A DNA stretch of 64,000 nucleotides from an uncultured delta proteobacterium. GTDB lineage: Bacteria; Desulfobacterota; Binatia; Binatales; Binataceae. The stretch covers positions 1,184,001 through 1,248,000 of the forward strand of contig CAVQEQ010000001.1 in the NCBI GenBank assembly GCA_963711565.1, read 5' to 3'. Every line of letters begins with the position of its first letter. Position 1 is the first letter of the stretch. Positions 1 to 11,943 of the stretch are shown in pieces. The notes under the pieces are model-generated. The model was not told where the DNA came from. It saw only the letters and a program-made list of their open reading frames with translations, and made no database searches. Made by a program: the position numbers and the translations under genes.

Positions 1-320
1 GGCATAGCAAGGCCGCGCTCGCCCGCGCCGCCAGCCTGTGTGATGGCTGGATTTCTGCGAATGCCGATACCGATACCCTCAAGCGTCTAATCGGCGAACT
101 TAATGCTCAGCGCGAGCGGTACGGGACCTTGCGCAGATCCGATTTCGAGATTCATGTGATGGACGTCACGGCGAGCACTGCGGACGACTTCAGGCGTCTC
201 GTGGATCTCGGCGCTACCGACATCGTCACGGGCTTCGCGAGTGAAGGCCAGGACATGATCGATCGGGTGCGCCGCTTTGGGGAAAAGATAATCTCGCCGA
301 TCGGGACGCACCGTCCCTAA
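1..320 (+). CDS. LLM-class (probably F420-dependent) oxidoreductase, C-terminal part, truncated by window edge
   Basis: Open frame from base 3 reads HSKAALARAASLCDGWISAN...FRRLVDLGATDIV...VRRFGEKII, typical of the luciferase-like TIM-barrel C-terminus. Confidence 0.75.
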   Translation, partial: HSKAALARAASLCDGWISANADTDTLKRLIGELNAQRERYGTLRRSDFEIHVMDVTASTADDFRRLVDLGATDIVTGFASEGQDMIDRVRRFGEKIISPIGTHRP

Positions 321-340
321 GCTGGAAATCGACCGAGGAG

Positions 341-769
341 ATGCAAATGGCCGATCAAGAAGGACTGTACAAGGAGCTCGAGCGCGGCAAAGTACTCGCG
401 ATCGAGATCGAAGCGGAGAGCCGCACCGCGCTTTTCGGCCGCGCCGCCACCGCGCTGTCGCGAATCATGGTCCAGCCCGACGACATCAAGGTCGTGGATC
501 GGCGCGAGATCGAAATCGTCGCCGACACCGATGTCGAAATGATGCACGACATACTGGCCTCCGCGGTGAACGTGTACCTCCGCGGTTTCGTCTGGCGCGA
601 TGCCGAGAGCGAGGAGCGGGGCGGCCCGATCGTCGTGTGGCTCTCGGGCGAGCAGCGCGATCCGGATCGCCATCATCTGCTCACCGAGATCAAAGGGGTC
701 CAGATGCATGAACTGGTCGTCGAGAACAGTGATGGCAAGTGGCGCAGCCGGATCACGTTCGACATCTGA
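341..769 (+). CDS. Archease-family protein (divergent N-terminus)
   Basis: GAGGAG RBS; 142 aa; LF..AA.AL segment, EIKGVQMH and C-terminal FDI match archease; the HTAD motif is replaced by RGKV. Confidence 0.75.
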   Translation: MQMADQEGLYKELERGKVLAIEIEAESRTALFGRAATALSRIMVQPDDIKVVDRREIEIVADTDVEMMHDILASAVNVYLRGFVWRDAESEERGGPIVVWLSGEQRDPDRHHLLTEIKGVQMHELVVENSDGKWRSRITFDI

Positions 770-870
770 GCGATAGCTTCTCAATACCGGCTCGCCGCTC
801 CGCAGTACGCGAGCATTCTAGCCGACCTCCGGTTGTGCGAATCGCCGTAAGTCCTTAATAAATAAGGGCT

Positions 871-966
871 GGAGGAGGAAGGGGCCCGGTGGCCCCACCG
901 GTCTTCAAAACCGGCTTGGCGGCTAATATTGTTGCCGGAGGGTTCGACTCCCTCCCCCCTCCGCCA
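871..966 (+). tRNA. selC: tRNA-Sec (anticodon TCA)
   Basis: CCGGT-CTTCAAA-ACCGG anticodon arm; 6-bp D stem GGGGCC/GGCCCC with 4-nt loop; long variable arm; 8/5 acceptor/T stems; ends GCCA. Confidence 0.95.
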
Positions 967-1100
967 AGGTTGTTCCCATGCCACGGAAGTTTTCCGACGC
1001 CCCGCGGGTCTTCAAGGTACGCGCCAGACGTGCGCACGCGCTAACAGGGAAGCGCGATGACTCGGGTCGATTTATCTCGACAGCGTGAGCCAAGCAGCCA

Positions 1101-1506
1101 ATGCAGCACCGCAACCTTTTTCGAACCTTTTCGGCTTTGGTCTTGCCGTTCGTAATTCAAGCCTGCATTGTGTCCGGTCCGTCCGGCGCGCCGATCGGTG
1201 GCGGTTCGCCCGCCACCGATGAACCCGCCGTTCGATTCGTATGACTTCTGCATTCGGAACATTCCTGCGGTACCCCTTTGGGAGTGGGGCAAGTTCGAGG
1301 ACGAGCGGCGCGCCTGCTTTAGGCAGACAATTCAGGTGAACCACCTGACCTTGCCTGCTGGCACTACTGCTGACCAGGCGTTTGCCAACTACGATGCCTG
1401 CCTCAAGAAGAACGGGCACATAACCATCGGTATCGGAGGGTTGAACTTCAATGGCAACAAGCAGAATACCGTCCGCGAGAACTGTTTCACGAGCGCCGTG
1501 CGATAG
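1101..1506 (+). pseudogene. Small Cys-containing lipoprotein split by a +1 frameshift near 1195
   Basis: ATG 1101 gives MQHRNLFRTFSALVLPFVIQAC (lipobox-like); removing one G in ATCGGTG joins it to the VAVRPPPMNPPFDSYDFC... frame that ends at 1506. Confidence 0.5.
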
Positions 1507-1543
1507 GCACCGACTCCCTCCCGTCTCCGCCAGCGGTCGCATG

Positions 1544-3082
1544 TTAGCCGCCGCTATGAACCGAATTTTGGCCAGGCGTGTTGACATTCGGATCCTGGTT
1601 CGGCGGCAGTAGCGGCATCTGCAGCGTCTTCAGAAAGGTTACTACCGCCAACTGATCGGAATTTGATAGCGCCTCGAACTCAGTCTCCGAGTCCGTCGCT
1701 TCACCGCCGTGGGCGGTGATTGCCGCGTAAATGGTATCGAGATCGCCGCGATGGCCCCACGGCCCCGAATTGCCGGTATCCCACAGTTTGGCAGTGAGGA
1801 ACTGATTGTTTGGGATAGCGTAATTGCTGTCGGACGCCTGCAACGGAGAGGCGGGCTCGTTGCAGTAGTGGGGCTTGTTGCTGTCGCAGATCACGTGGCG
1901 CTTCAAATCGGTATATGCCGCGACTGACTTCCCGCTGATTCCTGTCTGGGACAGATTGAAGCAGTACGACTGCGAGGTGTCGTTGAAGGTGCCGGCAGGG
2001 TTTTGCGGATCGGGATCGCAAAACTGGCTGCTGGTGAGCGGGAGCGACGGCAGATGGCATCCGGCGCATCCAACCTGGTTGAAGACCTCGGCGCCATGGG
2101 CCGCCATCGTACGGTCGAGGCCCTGGGTAGAGACTATGGGCGCCGGCAGCGCGGCCTGAAATATCGTCACGGCCGTGATGTCGCCGATAAGGAGTTCGTT
2201 GGTCACGCCGTCCTCGTCGGGGTCGGTGCCGGTGCCAAAACGCTCGACCGCCTGCATCCCATGATGCTGATTCATCGCGGTGACGGTGAACTCGCGCAGC
2301 GAGCGGAACACGCCCTTGCGCGAAAACGGTTTTATCACCAGGTCGGGATCGACTCCGACAACGGCGTCGGTATCCACGCTGCCGTCCGGATTGGCGGTTA
2401 GCGCACCAAATGAAACACCCTTGGTAAGCAGGTTCACGGTGACGCTCTTGCCGGATGCCTCGGCGCTGGTGATCGCGCCCTGCTGCTCGTTCTGCAAATC
2501 AGTGGTCATCTGGCGCCCGAGCATCTCGATTGCGCCGGAGCCGAACATCCCGAGCGTGTTTCGTTCGTCCCAGGTATTGCTGAAATCCTCGTTAAGGATA
2601 ATCCGGGAGACCGGATCGGCGGCCTGCGCAAGCACGAACACATTGGCGGCGAAATCTCCGGCGCCGCCAGGCTGTGGCTGATTGTGACACCCCGCGCACG
2701 AGCTAGTCTCGGGCGCCGACACGCGGGTGAAGCGCGGCCCCATAACCGGGTCTGGGGTGCGCTCAACGCCGGTTCCGGTGGTGGCGGGGCGTCCTGCTCC
2801 GTCGCAAGCGTTGAAATTGGTGACAAAGGTCTGCTGCCCAAGCGCGAACACCCGGTTCAGCGGCATGTTCAGGATCGACTCCTGGCCGTAATGCATCGGC
2901 ATAGCCGGTGTATCGTTGAATCCCGGCGGACACGAGCGCACGAAGTCACTTAGGTCGGGTCCTTTTTCCATGTGGGCAGGCCGGGCTTCGTTCGGCGGGA
3001 TCGCGAAGGGCTCGGCGATTGCGGAAAGCGGGAGTCCAAGCAGGCATAGTGCTGCAACGACGAGGAAAGAAAGCCGGTGCAT
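1544..3082 (-). CDS. Secreted di-heme oxidoreductase (DHOR / di-heme peroxidase-like)
   Basis: Signal peptide; two CxxCH motifs (SSCAGCH, VGCAGCH); YTDLKRH, TAKLWD, GPWGHRG, AITAHGGEA. Confidence 0.85.
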   Translation of the reverse strand: MHRLSFLVVAALCLLGLPLSAIAEPFAIPPNEARPAHMEKGPDLSDFVRSCPPGFNDTPAMPMHYGQESILNMPLNRVFALGQQTFVTNFNACDGAGRPATTGTGVERTPDPVMGPRFTRVSAPETSSCAGCHNQPQPGGAGDFAANVFVLAQAADPVSRIILNEDFSNTWDERNTLGMFGSGAIEMLGRQMTTDLQNEQQGAITSAEASGKSVTVNLLTKGVSFGALTANPDGSVDTDAVVGVDPDLVIKPFSRKGVFRSLREFTVTAMNQHHGMQAVERFGTGTDPDEDGVTNELLIGDITAVTIFQAALPAPIVSTQGLDRTMAAHGAEVFNQVGCAGCHLPSLPLTSSQFCDPDPQNPAGTFNDTSQSYCFNLSQTGISGKSVAAYTDLKRHVICDSNKPHYCNEPASPLQASDSNYAIPNNQFLTAKLWDTGNSGPWGHRGDLDTIYAAITAHGGEATDSETEFEALSNSDQLAVVTFLKTLQMPLLPPNQDPNVNTPGQNSVHSGG

Positions 3083-3320
3083 GAGGTCCCTCCCAAAGCG
3101 CTACGAACTTGCGGACGCGCTGCGACAGGCAAACGCCACAGCCGGGTCTCGGGGAGTAGAGCAAACGGTGTGCCCGAAGTCTTAGAACGGATCTTTCGCC
3201 GAATCCGGCATCTTGCAGGCGGGAAAAGCGCAGCCTCGAACTGCGCCACGGTAATTTTTACTTCATGCCCCCTCTACTTGCTGGTCAGTTGTCGTTTGGC
3301 GTTTGCCTCCGGCAGGGTTG

Positions 3321-3363
3321 TAGTTCATTCTCTTGTTGAACTATGTAGTTCGCTAGATGAACT
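3321..3363. promoter_or_regulatory. Tandem inverted repeats, probable HxlR-family operator
   Basis: TAGTTCA-N9-TGAACTA and AGTTC-N7-GAACT immediately upstream of the Mo-oxidoreductase/HxlR operon. Confidence 0.5.
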
Positions 3364-3376
3364 CAGGAGACTCGCC

Positions 3377-5628
<2,252 letters not shown>

Positions 5629-5629
<1 letters not shown>

Positions 5630-6090
5630 TGCGGCGAACTCGCTTCGACGATTGGCCGTGTCCGATCGCGCGCACCACCGATCTGGTTGGCGATTGGTGG
5701 ACGCCGCTGGTGATGCGCGAGGCGTTCGTTGGCCGCCGCCGCTTCGAGGATTTCCAGCGCGCGCTTAAAGTTCCGCGCGCGGTGCTCGCCAAGCGGCTCG
5801 ATCGATTGGTCGATGAAGGTCTCTTGAAAAAAGTGCCGTACGAAGAGCATCCGCCGCGTTACGAATATCGCCTGACCGACAAGGGCCGCGCATTCTGGGA
5901 CGTGCTCGCTGCGATGTGGCGATGGGGCAGCGACTGGCTGTGGGGCGAGAATGGTCCGCCGGTGATGCTGGTCGACAACGAGACGGGCCTCGAAGTTCGG
6001 CCGCTGGTAGTCGACGAAAACACCGGTATTCGCCTGACCGGCCGCCGCCTGCGCATGAGCCGCAAGCCGGATGTCGCGCCGCCGAAATAG
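5629..6090 (+). CDS. HxlR-family winged-helix regulator
   Basis: CPIARTTDLVGDWWT...RRFEDFQ...YEYRLTDKG; TGATG coupling to the upstream gene. Confidence 0.9.
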
Positions 6091-6211
6091 GTTCGCCCGC
6101 TCAGTCCACGATTCCCACGTTTCGCCGTCTCCTTTACCTCTCATCCCGTCGCCGCTAACATCACTTCGTCCGCGATTCCATTTTCAATTCATCATCAAGG
6201 AGAATTCGCTC

Positions 6212-6736
6212 ATGGCGGAAGAACGCAAAGGCGCAGTTACGATGCGGGGAAACCCGATGACGCTGGTCGGCCCCGAAATCAAGGTCGGTCAAAAGGCCCC
6301 CAACTTCAATGTCGTCGGCAAGGGGATGGCACCGGCGACGCTCGATCAGTTCAAAGGCAAGGTGAAAATCATCACGACCATCCCGTCGATCGATACACCG
6401 GTCTGCGACGCCGAGACGCGCCGCTTCAACGTCGAGGCGAGCAACCTTCCCGGCGACGTGCAGATCCTGTCGGTCTCGATGGATCTGCCGTTCGCGCAGG
6501 CGCGATGGTGCGGCGCCGCGGGTGTGGACAAGGTCACGACGCTGAGCGACTGGCGCAGCGCGAGTTTCGGCACCGGCTACGGCGCGTTGATCAAGGAACT
6601 GCACCTGCTCGCGCGATGCGTATTTGTCGTGGACAAGAACGACAACGTGACCTACGTCGAGTACGTCAAGGAAATAGCGGAGCAACCCAACTTCGAAGCC
6701 GCGCTTGCGGCCGCAAAGAAAGCCGCTGCCGCCTGA
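6212..6736 (+). CDS. tpx: Thiol peroxidase (atypical 2-Cys peroxiredoxin)
   Basis: AAGGAG RBS; PSIDTPVC, SMDLPFAQARWC, LLARCVFVVD. Confidence 0.92.
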   Translation: MAEERKGAVTMRGNPMTLVGPEIKVGQKAPNFNVVGKGMAPATLDQFKGKVKIITTIPSIDTPVCDAETRRFNVEASNLPGDVQILSVSMDLPFAQARWCGAAGVDKVTTLSDWRSASFGTGYGALIKELHLLARCVFVVDKNDNVTYVEYVKEIAEQPNFEAALAAAKKAAAA

Positions 6737-6763
6737 CGGAGAAAAGTCCTTGTCCAAGTCTTA

Positions 6764-6890
6764 CCTCTCCGTTCGGGAGAGGTCGTGCGGCGACAGTCGG
6801 TTGCGCACGGGTGAGGGCGCTCGCATCGCGACGAATTCATGCGCCCTCACCCGCGCCCGGAGGCGCGTCCTCTCCCGGGGGGAGAGGTAG
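6764..6890. repeat. Cruciform REP/MITE-like element
   Basis: CCTCTCC..GGAGAGG hairpins at both ends with internal GGGTGAGGGC/GCCCTCACCC pairing. Confidence 0.7.
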
Positions 6891-6900
6891 GAACTTCCCA

Positions 6901-7680
6901 ATGGACACCTCGACACCCAATCGCCACGCCTTTACCGACGCGCTCAAGCGCGGTCTCTACGAGGCGATCTTTCGCCGCCGCGACATCCGCGAGTTCATCT
7001 CCGATCCGATTCCCGACGAGGTGCTCGCGCGCGTGCTGATTGCCGCCCATCATGCGGCAAGCGTCGGCTTCACGCAGCCGTGGGACTTCATCGTCGTGCG
7101 CAGCCTCGAGCAGCGCCGGCGCGTGAAAGAAATCTTCGAAGCCGAGCGGCAAAAGAATGCGAACCAATTCAGCGGCGAGCGCCGCGAGAAATATCTCTCG
7201 CTCAAGCTCGAGGGCATCCTCGAAACTCCGCTCAACCTCATCGTCACCTGCAAGCCCGAACGCTTCGGCCCTGCCGTGCTCGGCAAGACCAGCATCCGCG
7301 ACGTTGAGATTTACTCGGCGTGCCTGGCGGTGGAGAACATGTGGCTGACGGCGCGCGCCGAGGGTCTCGGCATGGGATGGGTCAGCATCATCCGCAACGA
7401 CGCGCTCGCCGAAATCTTCGGTATTCCTGGCGATGTTATTCCTATCGCTTATCTATGCATCGGCTACGTCCGCGAATTTCCCGACCGCCCGATACTGGCG
7501 AGCAAGGATTGGGCACAGCGCCTGCCGCCGAAGTCGCTGATTCATTTCGATTCGTGGAATGATGCAGGCGACCGAACGTCACCAGCCGCCGAGTCGTTGC
7601 TGAAAAAGATCGATGACCATTCGATCTGGCTTTCGATCTTTCCCGAAGACTCCCCCGAGAAGCCCCCTTCCCGCGATTAG
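6901..7680 (+). CDS. bluB: 5,6-dimethylbenzimidazole synthase
   Basis: AIFRRRDIREF, AASVGFTQPW, LKLEGILE, NMWLTARAEGLGMGWVS; cob gene context. Confidence 0.88.
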   Translation: MDTSTPNRHAFTDALKRGLYEAIFRRRDIREFISDPIPDEVLARVLIAAHHAASVGFTQPWDFIVVRSLEQRRRVKEIFEAERQKNANQFSGERREKYLSLKLEGILETPLNLIVTCKPERFGPAVLGKTSIRDVEIYSACLAVENMWLTARAEGLGMGWVSIIRNDALAEIFGIPGDVIPIAYLCIGYVREFPDRPILASKDWAQRLPPKSLIHFDSWNDAGDRTSPAAESLLKKIDDHSIWLSIFPEDSPEKPPSRD

Positions 7681-7805
7681 CTGCGGGAAAGGGGTTCGGA
7701 GGATCGGGCATTTACTGATTATCGCGTTTAGCGACGCAACCGGCGATTTGCGAAATCCTTACAGGATTGTCAGTTGCTATCGAGAATCGCTGCCAAGGCT
7801 AACGT

Positions 7806-7943
7806 TTAACGATGATGCCAGTCACCGTGGTAGTAGTGGCCACCGCCCCAATAAGGGCCAGGACCCACAAAGCATCCTGTCGCCGCAGTCATTACGGACA
7901 GCATAACGAGAGCTTGTAAGAAAACGATTATTCTCCTTTTCAT
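7806..7943 (-). CDS. 45-aa lipoprotein below the ORF-track cutoff
   Basis: GAGGTG RBS; MKRRIIVFLQALVMLSVMTAATG-CFVGPGPYWGGGHYYHGDWHHR*. Confidence 0.75.
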   Translation of the reverse strand: MKRRIIVFLQALVMLSVMTAATGCFVGPGPYWGGGHYYHGDWHHR

Positions 7944-8176
7944 GATATTCACCTCACACCCCCTTTAGTAGTGCATAGGGGATGCCAGCCGCATGGGGCC
8001 GTAAATCAGGGACAATTTCGAGACGCATCCCCGTTGCATACACGAATTGGGGTGTCGTTTTTTCAGAGTACCAACCCGGCTGGGCAGGTAGACCCAAAGA
8101 TCGACGAGAAAGCTGACAAATGTTTGCGTCTCACCGCGAAGAAGTAGAATCCGACGTATCTGCGCCGATTGAGACG

Positions 8177-9067
8177 CTACGTTGCAAGGGTCTTCTTCAA
8201 GAAGTAATGGGTGTGTCCTATCGGATGATCTTCCAGTGTGCCGAAAATTCTGTAGCCAAGCTTCTCGTAGAACGGGCGCGCCTGGAAACTGAAGGTGTCG
8301 AGATAGGTGTACCTGCATCGGCGTTCGCGGGCATAAGTCTCGATCGCGGTCATGAGTTTTGTAGCGTAACCCTTTCCGCGATTCGCCGTATCGATCCATA
8401 CGTCGGAAACGTAGAGCCATAGACCCCAGGTATTGCCGAGTGCTCCGCCGAGGATCTCGCCGTCGTCACTTTGCAGAAACACATTAGCCAAAACCCATGT
8501 CTGTTCGGGCAGTCCTATAGCAGCATGCCCATGGCCCTGGATGCCGCGTGCAATGATTCCCTGCACGTCGGCTGAAGCGTACGGCTGCATCACGATCTTC
8601 GCAGGGTCCTGCGGATCTCTACGCTTGTGCTCGATTCCAGCGAGCGGCCGCTTCGTCAGAAAATAGCGGCGATGTTCCTTCACCGGATGATCGTCAAGTT
8701 CAGCGAACACGCGGTAGCCCAACTTTTCGTATAATGGCCGAGCTTCGTAACTCGCGGTCTGCAGAAAACCCGCCAGGCATCTTTTCGCGATTGCGTATTG
8801 TTCCGCCGCCGCCATCAGCTCGGTCGCATAGCCGCGCCCGCGCCACATCGCATCGACCCATAGCGAGCGCACATGCAACCATCCGCCGCCGACGTTCCCG
8901 AACAGCCCGCTCGCGATTGCGCCGTGCGCGTCCTTGATAACAAATATCACCGGGTAGGATTCAACGATCCCGGTTGCCGCAGTATTGTGACTACGCAGCC
9001 CCCGCTCGACCACCTCGCTCCAGGCCCTGGGTGCCTCCGGCCCAACTATAATGCGCGGTTCACTCAT
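8177..9067 (-). CDS. Tandem two-domain GNAT acetyltransferase
   Basis: Two copies of R-G-x-G-Y-A-T and ARPxYEKLGY motifs. Confidence 0.88.
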   Translation of the reverse strand: MSEPRIIVGPEAPRAWSEVVERGLRSHNTAATGIVESYPVIFVIKDAHGAIASGLFGNVGGGWLHVRSLWVDAMWRGRGYATELMAAAEQYAIAKRCLAGFLQTASYEARPLYEKLGYRVFAELDDHPVKEHRRYFLTKRPLAGIEHKRRDPQDPAKIVMQPYASADVQGIIARGIQGHGHAAIGLPEQTWVLANVFLQSDDGEILGGALGNTWGLWLYVSDVWIDTANRGKGYATKLMTAIETYARERRCRYTYLDTFSFQARPFYEKLGYRIFGTLEDHPIGHTHYFLKKTLAT

Positions 9068-9183
9068 CTGGCTTCCGGCAGCTACTGTCTTATGAACGCT
9101 TGCGGCTGTGCAAGCCGCCGCTCACCCCACTCGCGCGTCACCGACCTGTGTTGAATCAGTCTAATCCGAGGCGGACAAGCCGG

Positions 9184-10008
9184 TTAGACATTTCGGCGTC
9201 GAGCTAACGTGCGCGGTCCCCAAACGACGGTTACGATCGCGGTCACAAAAGTCATGATGAGGCTGGTGACACGCGGATCGTAATATGAACCGTGGATCGG
9301 AAACAGTTGCCAGCTGACGTTGATCGTTGTGTGGAACAGAGCCGCGGCGAACACGCTCTTGCCTGTGTTGTTGTACAGCCAGACCATCACGACCCGTATC
9401 ATTACCGTGCCGAGACACCACCAGGCGATCCACGCCGGCGACCTGTGCGCCTGCATCAACGGTATGACGTGCCAGGCAGCCCAGACCAGTCCCAGTAGAA
9501 CTCCGGCCTGAAGCGCTCCCCACCGATCCTGCATTGGGTCAGTGATGTATCCAGACCAGCCCAGTTCTTCACCGACAGCGCCGATAAAGAACGCGCAGAA
9601 CATGGCCGCTGCCGCCAGAATCTGGAATTGCGGAGTTGGGAGCTGCGCCCCCTTCAGGCGCATCAGTCCATACGACAAGACCGTCACGCCGGGCATCAGG
9701 AGAAGGATAGGGATGTACCAGACCTTTGCCGTGATTCGCTGGTAGTCAAAGGATCGCTTCAGAAGCGCGATCACGCCAGCAATCTTGTTCTCGTCGTAGA
9801 CAAGAATCAAAGCCGCTGTCGCTGGGCAGACGAACATCAGCGCTGCCAGCGGCAGCCCCGGAAACAACTGCAGCCCGGTCTCGGCGCCAGCCAACCAGAA
9901 TGGAATGGAGAGAGCGAAAATCAAGAAGAAGAACTTCAGCGGTAACCTGCGCCGCGATGTAGGGGTATTCGCGGAATCCCCGGCAACTGATTGGGGCAAT
10001 CGTGACAT
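9184..10008 (-). CDS. CPBP (CAAX protease II/Abi) intramembrane metalloprotease
   Basis: GEELGWSG, WAAWH, FHTTIN; multiple TM helices. Confidence 0.88.
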   Translation of the reverse strand: MSRLPQSVAGDSANTPTSRRRLPLKFFFLIFALSIPFWLAGAETGLQLFPGLPLAALMFVCPATAALILVYDENKIAGVIALLKRSFDYQRITAKVWYIPILLLMPGVTVLSYGLMRLKGAQLPTPQFQILAAAAMFCAFFIGAVGEELGWSGYITDPMQDRWGALQAGVLLGLVWAAWHVIPLMQAHRSPAWIAWWCLGTVMIRVVMVWLYNNTGKSVFAAALFHTTINVSWQLFPIHGSYYDPRVTSLIMTFVTAIVTVVWGPRTLARRRNV

Positions 10009-10096
10009 CTTCGGTTCCTTAATAAATTGGCGATCGAGTGCCGCGCTCGCCGCCCGTCCTTGAAAGCCGACGCCGCCCATGATGCGATCACGCGGC

Positions 10097-11161
10097 ATGT
10101 CTTTGCTCAAACAGACTATCGCCTCGATTCTTCCGCCGGACAATGAAGCGGCATGGGCGGCCGACGCGCGGCTGGACTCACTAACCAAGCCGCCGGGCAG
10201 CCTCGGCTATCTCGAGGAACTCGTGCGCCGGTACGCGGCAATTCGCCATGACGAATCCGTAAAGTCCGGACGCGGCGCAATCGCGGTCTTCGTTGCCGAT
10301 CACGGCGTTGCCGACGAAGGCGTCAGCGCGTTTCCCCAAGCCGTCACGGCCGAGATGCTGCGCAACATCGCAGGCGGCGGCGCGGCAATCAGCGTGCTCG
10401 CGCGACGCTTCGGCTACGCGCTCAAGGTGGTTGACGTCGGGGTCAAGGTCGATACCAGCGCGAAGCCGCTCGCGGGCGTGACTTATCGTCGCATCGCCGC
10501 CGGCACGCGCAACATCCTCGACGGCCCCGCGATGACGCCGGAGCAAACGACGCGCGCACTGGAAGCGGGAATCGAAATCGCACGCGAGCTAGCCGACGGC
10601 GGCGCGACACTGATCGGCATCGGCGAAATGGGCATCGCGAACAGCACCCCCGCCGCCGCATTACTCTGTGCGCTCACGGGAATCGCACCCGAGTCGATCG
10701 TAGGCCGCGGTACCGGCCTCGACGACGCCGGCGTTCGCCGCAAGACCGAAGTGGTTGCGCGCGCGCTCGAGATTCATCGCGCGGCGCTGACATCAGGCGA
10801 CTCGATGCTGGCCGCGCTCGGCGGTTTCGAGATTGCCGCGATGGCGGGCGCGTGCCTCGGCGGCGCCGCATCCAAAGTTCCGGTGGTGGTCGACGGCTTC
10901 ATCGCGACCGCAGCCGCCGCAGTCGCGGCGAAGATTCATCCCGGCATCTTCGATCATCTGTTTTTCAGCCATCGCTCGGCCGAAGGCGGCCACGCGCTCG
11001 CGCTCGATCATTTCAGGCTGCGGCCGATTCTCGATCTGGACTTGAGGCTCGGCGAGGGCACCGGCGCCGCGCTCGCGATGAACGTGATCGAATCCGCACT
11101 CGACCTGCTCCACAACATGGCGACGTTCGCGGGCGCGGGCGTGTCCGGCAAAGTGCGATGA
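10097..11161 (+). CDS. cobT: Nicotinate-nucleotide--DMB phosphoribosyltransferase
   Basis: LTKPPGSLG, ADHGV, GEMGIANST, VVVDGFI, LRLGEGTGA. Confidence 0.95.
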   Translation: MSLLKQTIASILPPDNEAAWAADARLDSLTKPPGSLGYLEELVRRYAAIRHDESVKSGRGAIAVFVADHGVADEGVSAFPQAVTAEMLRNIAGGGAAISVLARRFGYALKVVDVGVKVDTSAKPLAGVTYRRIAAGTRNILDGPAMTPEQTTRALEAGIEIARELADGGATLIGIGEMGIANSTPAAALLCALTGIAPESIVGRGTGLDDAGVRRKTEVVARALEIHRAALTSGDSMLAALGGFEIAAMAGACLGGAASKVPVVVDGFIATAAAAVAAKIHPGIFDHLFFSHRSAEGGHALALDHFRLRPILDLDLRLGEGTGAALAMNVIESALDLLHNMATFAGAGVSGKVR

Positions 11162-11934
11162 ACGACGAGGCGAGCGCGCCGCCACCGAGTCGCGGTTTTC
11201 TCGACGAATTCCCTCTCGCAGTGAGCTTCCTGACGATCCTGCCGGTGATCGATCGCAGTCCAGCGTCGGAGGAGACCGTTGCGGGTTCGCTCACATGGTT
11301 CCCATTGGTCGGTTTCCTTCTCGGATTGGCACTGGTCGGTGAGGATTGGATTCTCGCTCACATCTTCGCGCAAGTGATTCGCTCGGTGCTTATCGTGATC
11401 TCGCTCACGGTCGTTACTGGCGCGGTTCATCTCGACGGACTGGCGGACACGGCAGACGCACTCGGCGCGGGACGCGATCGCGATCGCGCGCTCGACATTC
11501 TCCGCGACAGCCGCGTCGGCACTTTCGGCGCGAGCGCAATTTTCTTCGACCTGACGCTGAAAATCCTCGCGCTCTCGACGCTGGCCGGTCATCGCCGCTA
11601 TGCCGCGCTGATCGTCGCGCCGATGCTTGCGCGGTGGGCGATGCTACTGGTCGCCGCGGGACTGCCTTATCTGCGCACCTCGGGCTCAGGCTCGACGCTG
11701 CTCAGCGGAAGCAATTTGGGTAGGCGCGCGAGCGTCGTCGCCGTCTTCACACTTGTCGTCATGCTGATGCTCGGCGCGATGCGCCCGATCGCCCTCGCCA
11801 CCGCAGTCGCAATCGCAATCGTGTTAGCGATGCGACTCTTCTACCGGCGATGGCTGGGCGGAGTGACTGGCGACTTGATTGGCGCGTGCGGCGAGCTGGT
11901 TGAGATTGCGGTCCTCGTCACGATGGCGTCATAA
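11158..11934 (+). CDS. cobS: Adenosylcobinamide-GDP ribazoletransferase
   Basis: TGAVHLDGLADTAD, RDSRVGTFG, GGVTGDLIGA; ATGA overlap with cobT. Confidence 0.93.
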   Translation: MNDEASAPPPSRGFLDEFPLAVSFLTILPVIDRSPASEETVAGSLTWFPLVGFLLGLALVGEDWILAHIFAQVIRSVLIVISLTVVTGAVHLDGLADTADALGAGRDRDRALDILRDSRVGTFGASAIFFDLTLKILALSTLAGHRRYAALIVAPMLARWAMLLVAAGLPYLRTSGSGSTLLSGSNLGRRASVVAVFTLVVMLMLGAMRPIALATAVAIAIVLAMRLFYRRWLGGVTGDLIGACGELVEIAVLVTMAS

Positions 11935-11943
11935 CGGTCACGC

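Noticed and set aside
3077-3376. N-terminal extensions in the ORF track (Mo enzyme; also bluB, cobS, P450, 43201 ORF)
   Set aside because: Downstream starts have an RBS, promoter or coupling and match family N-termini; extensions run through repeats or neighbouring genes
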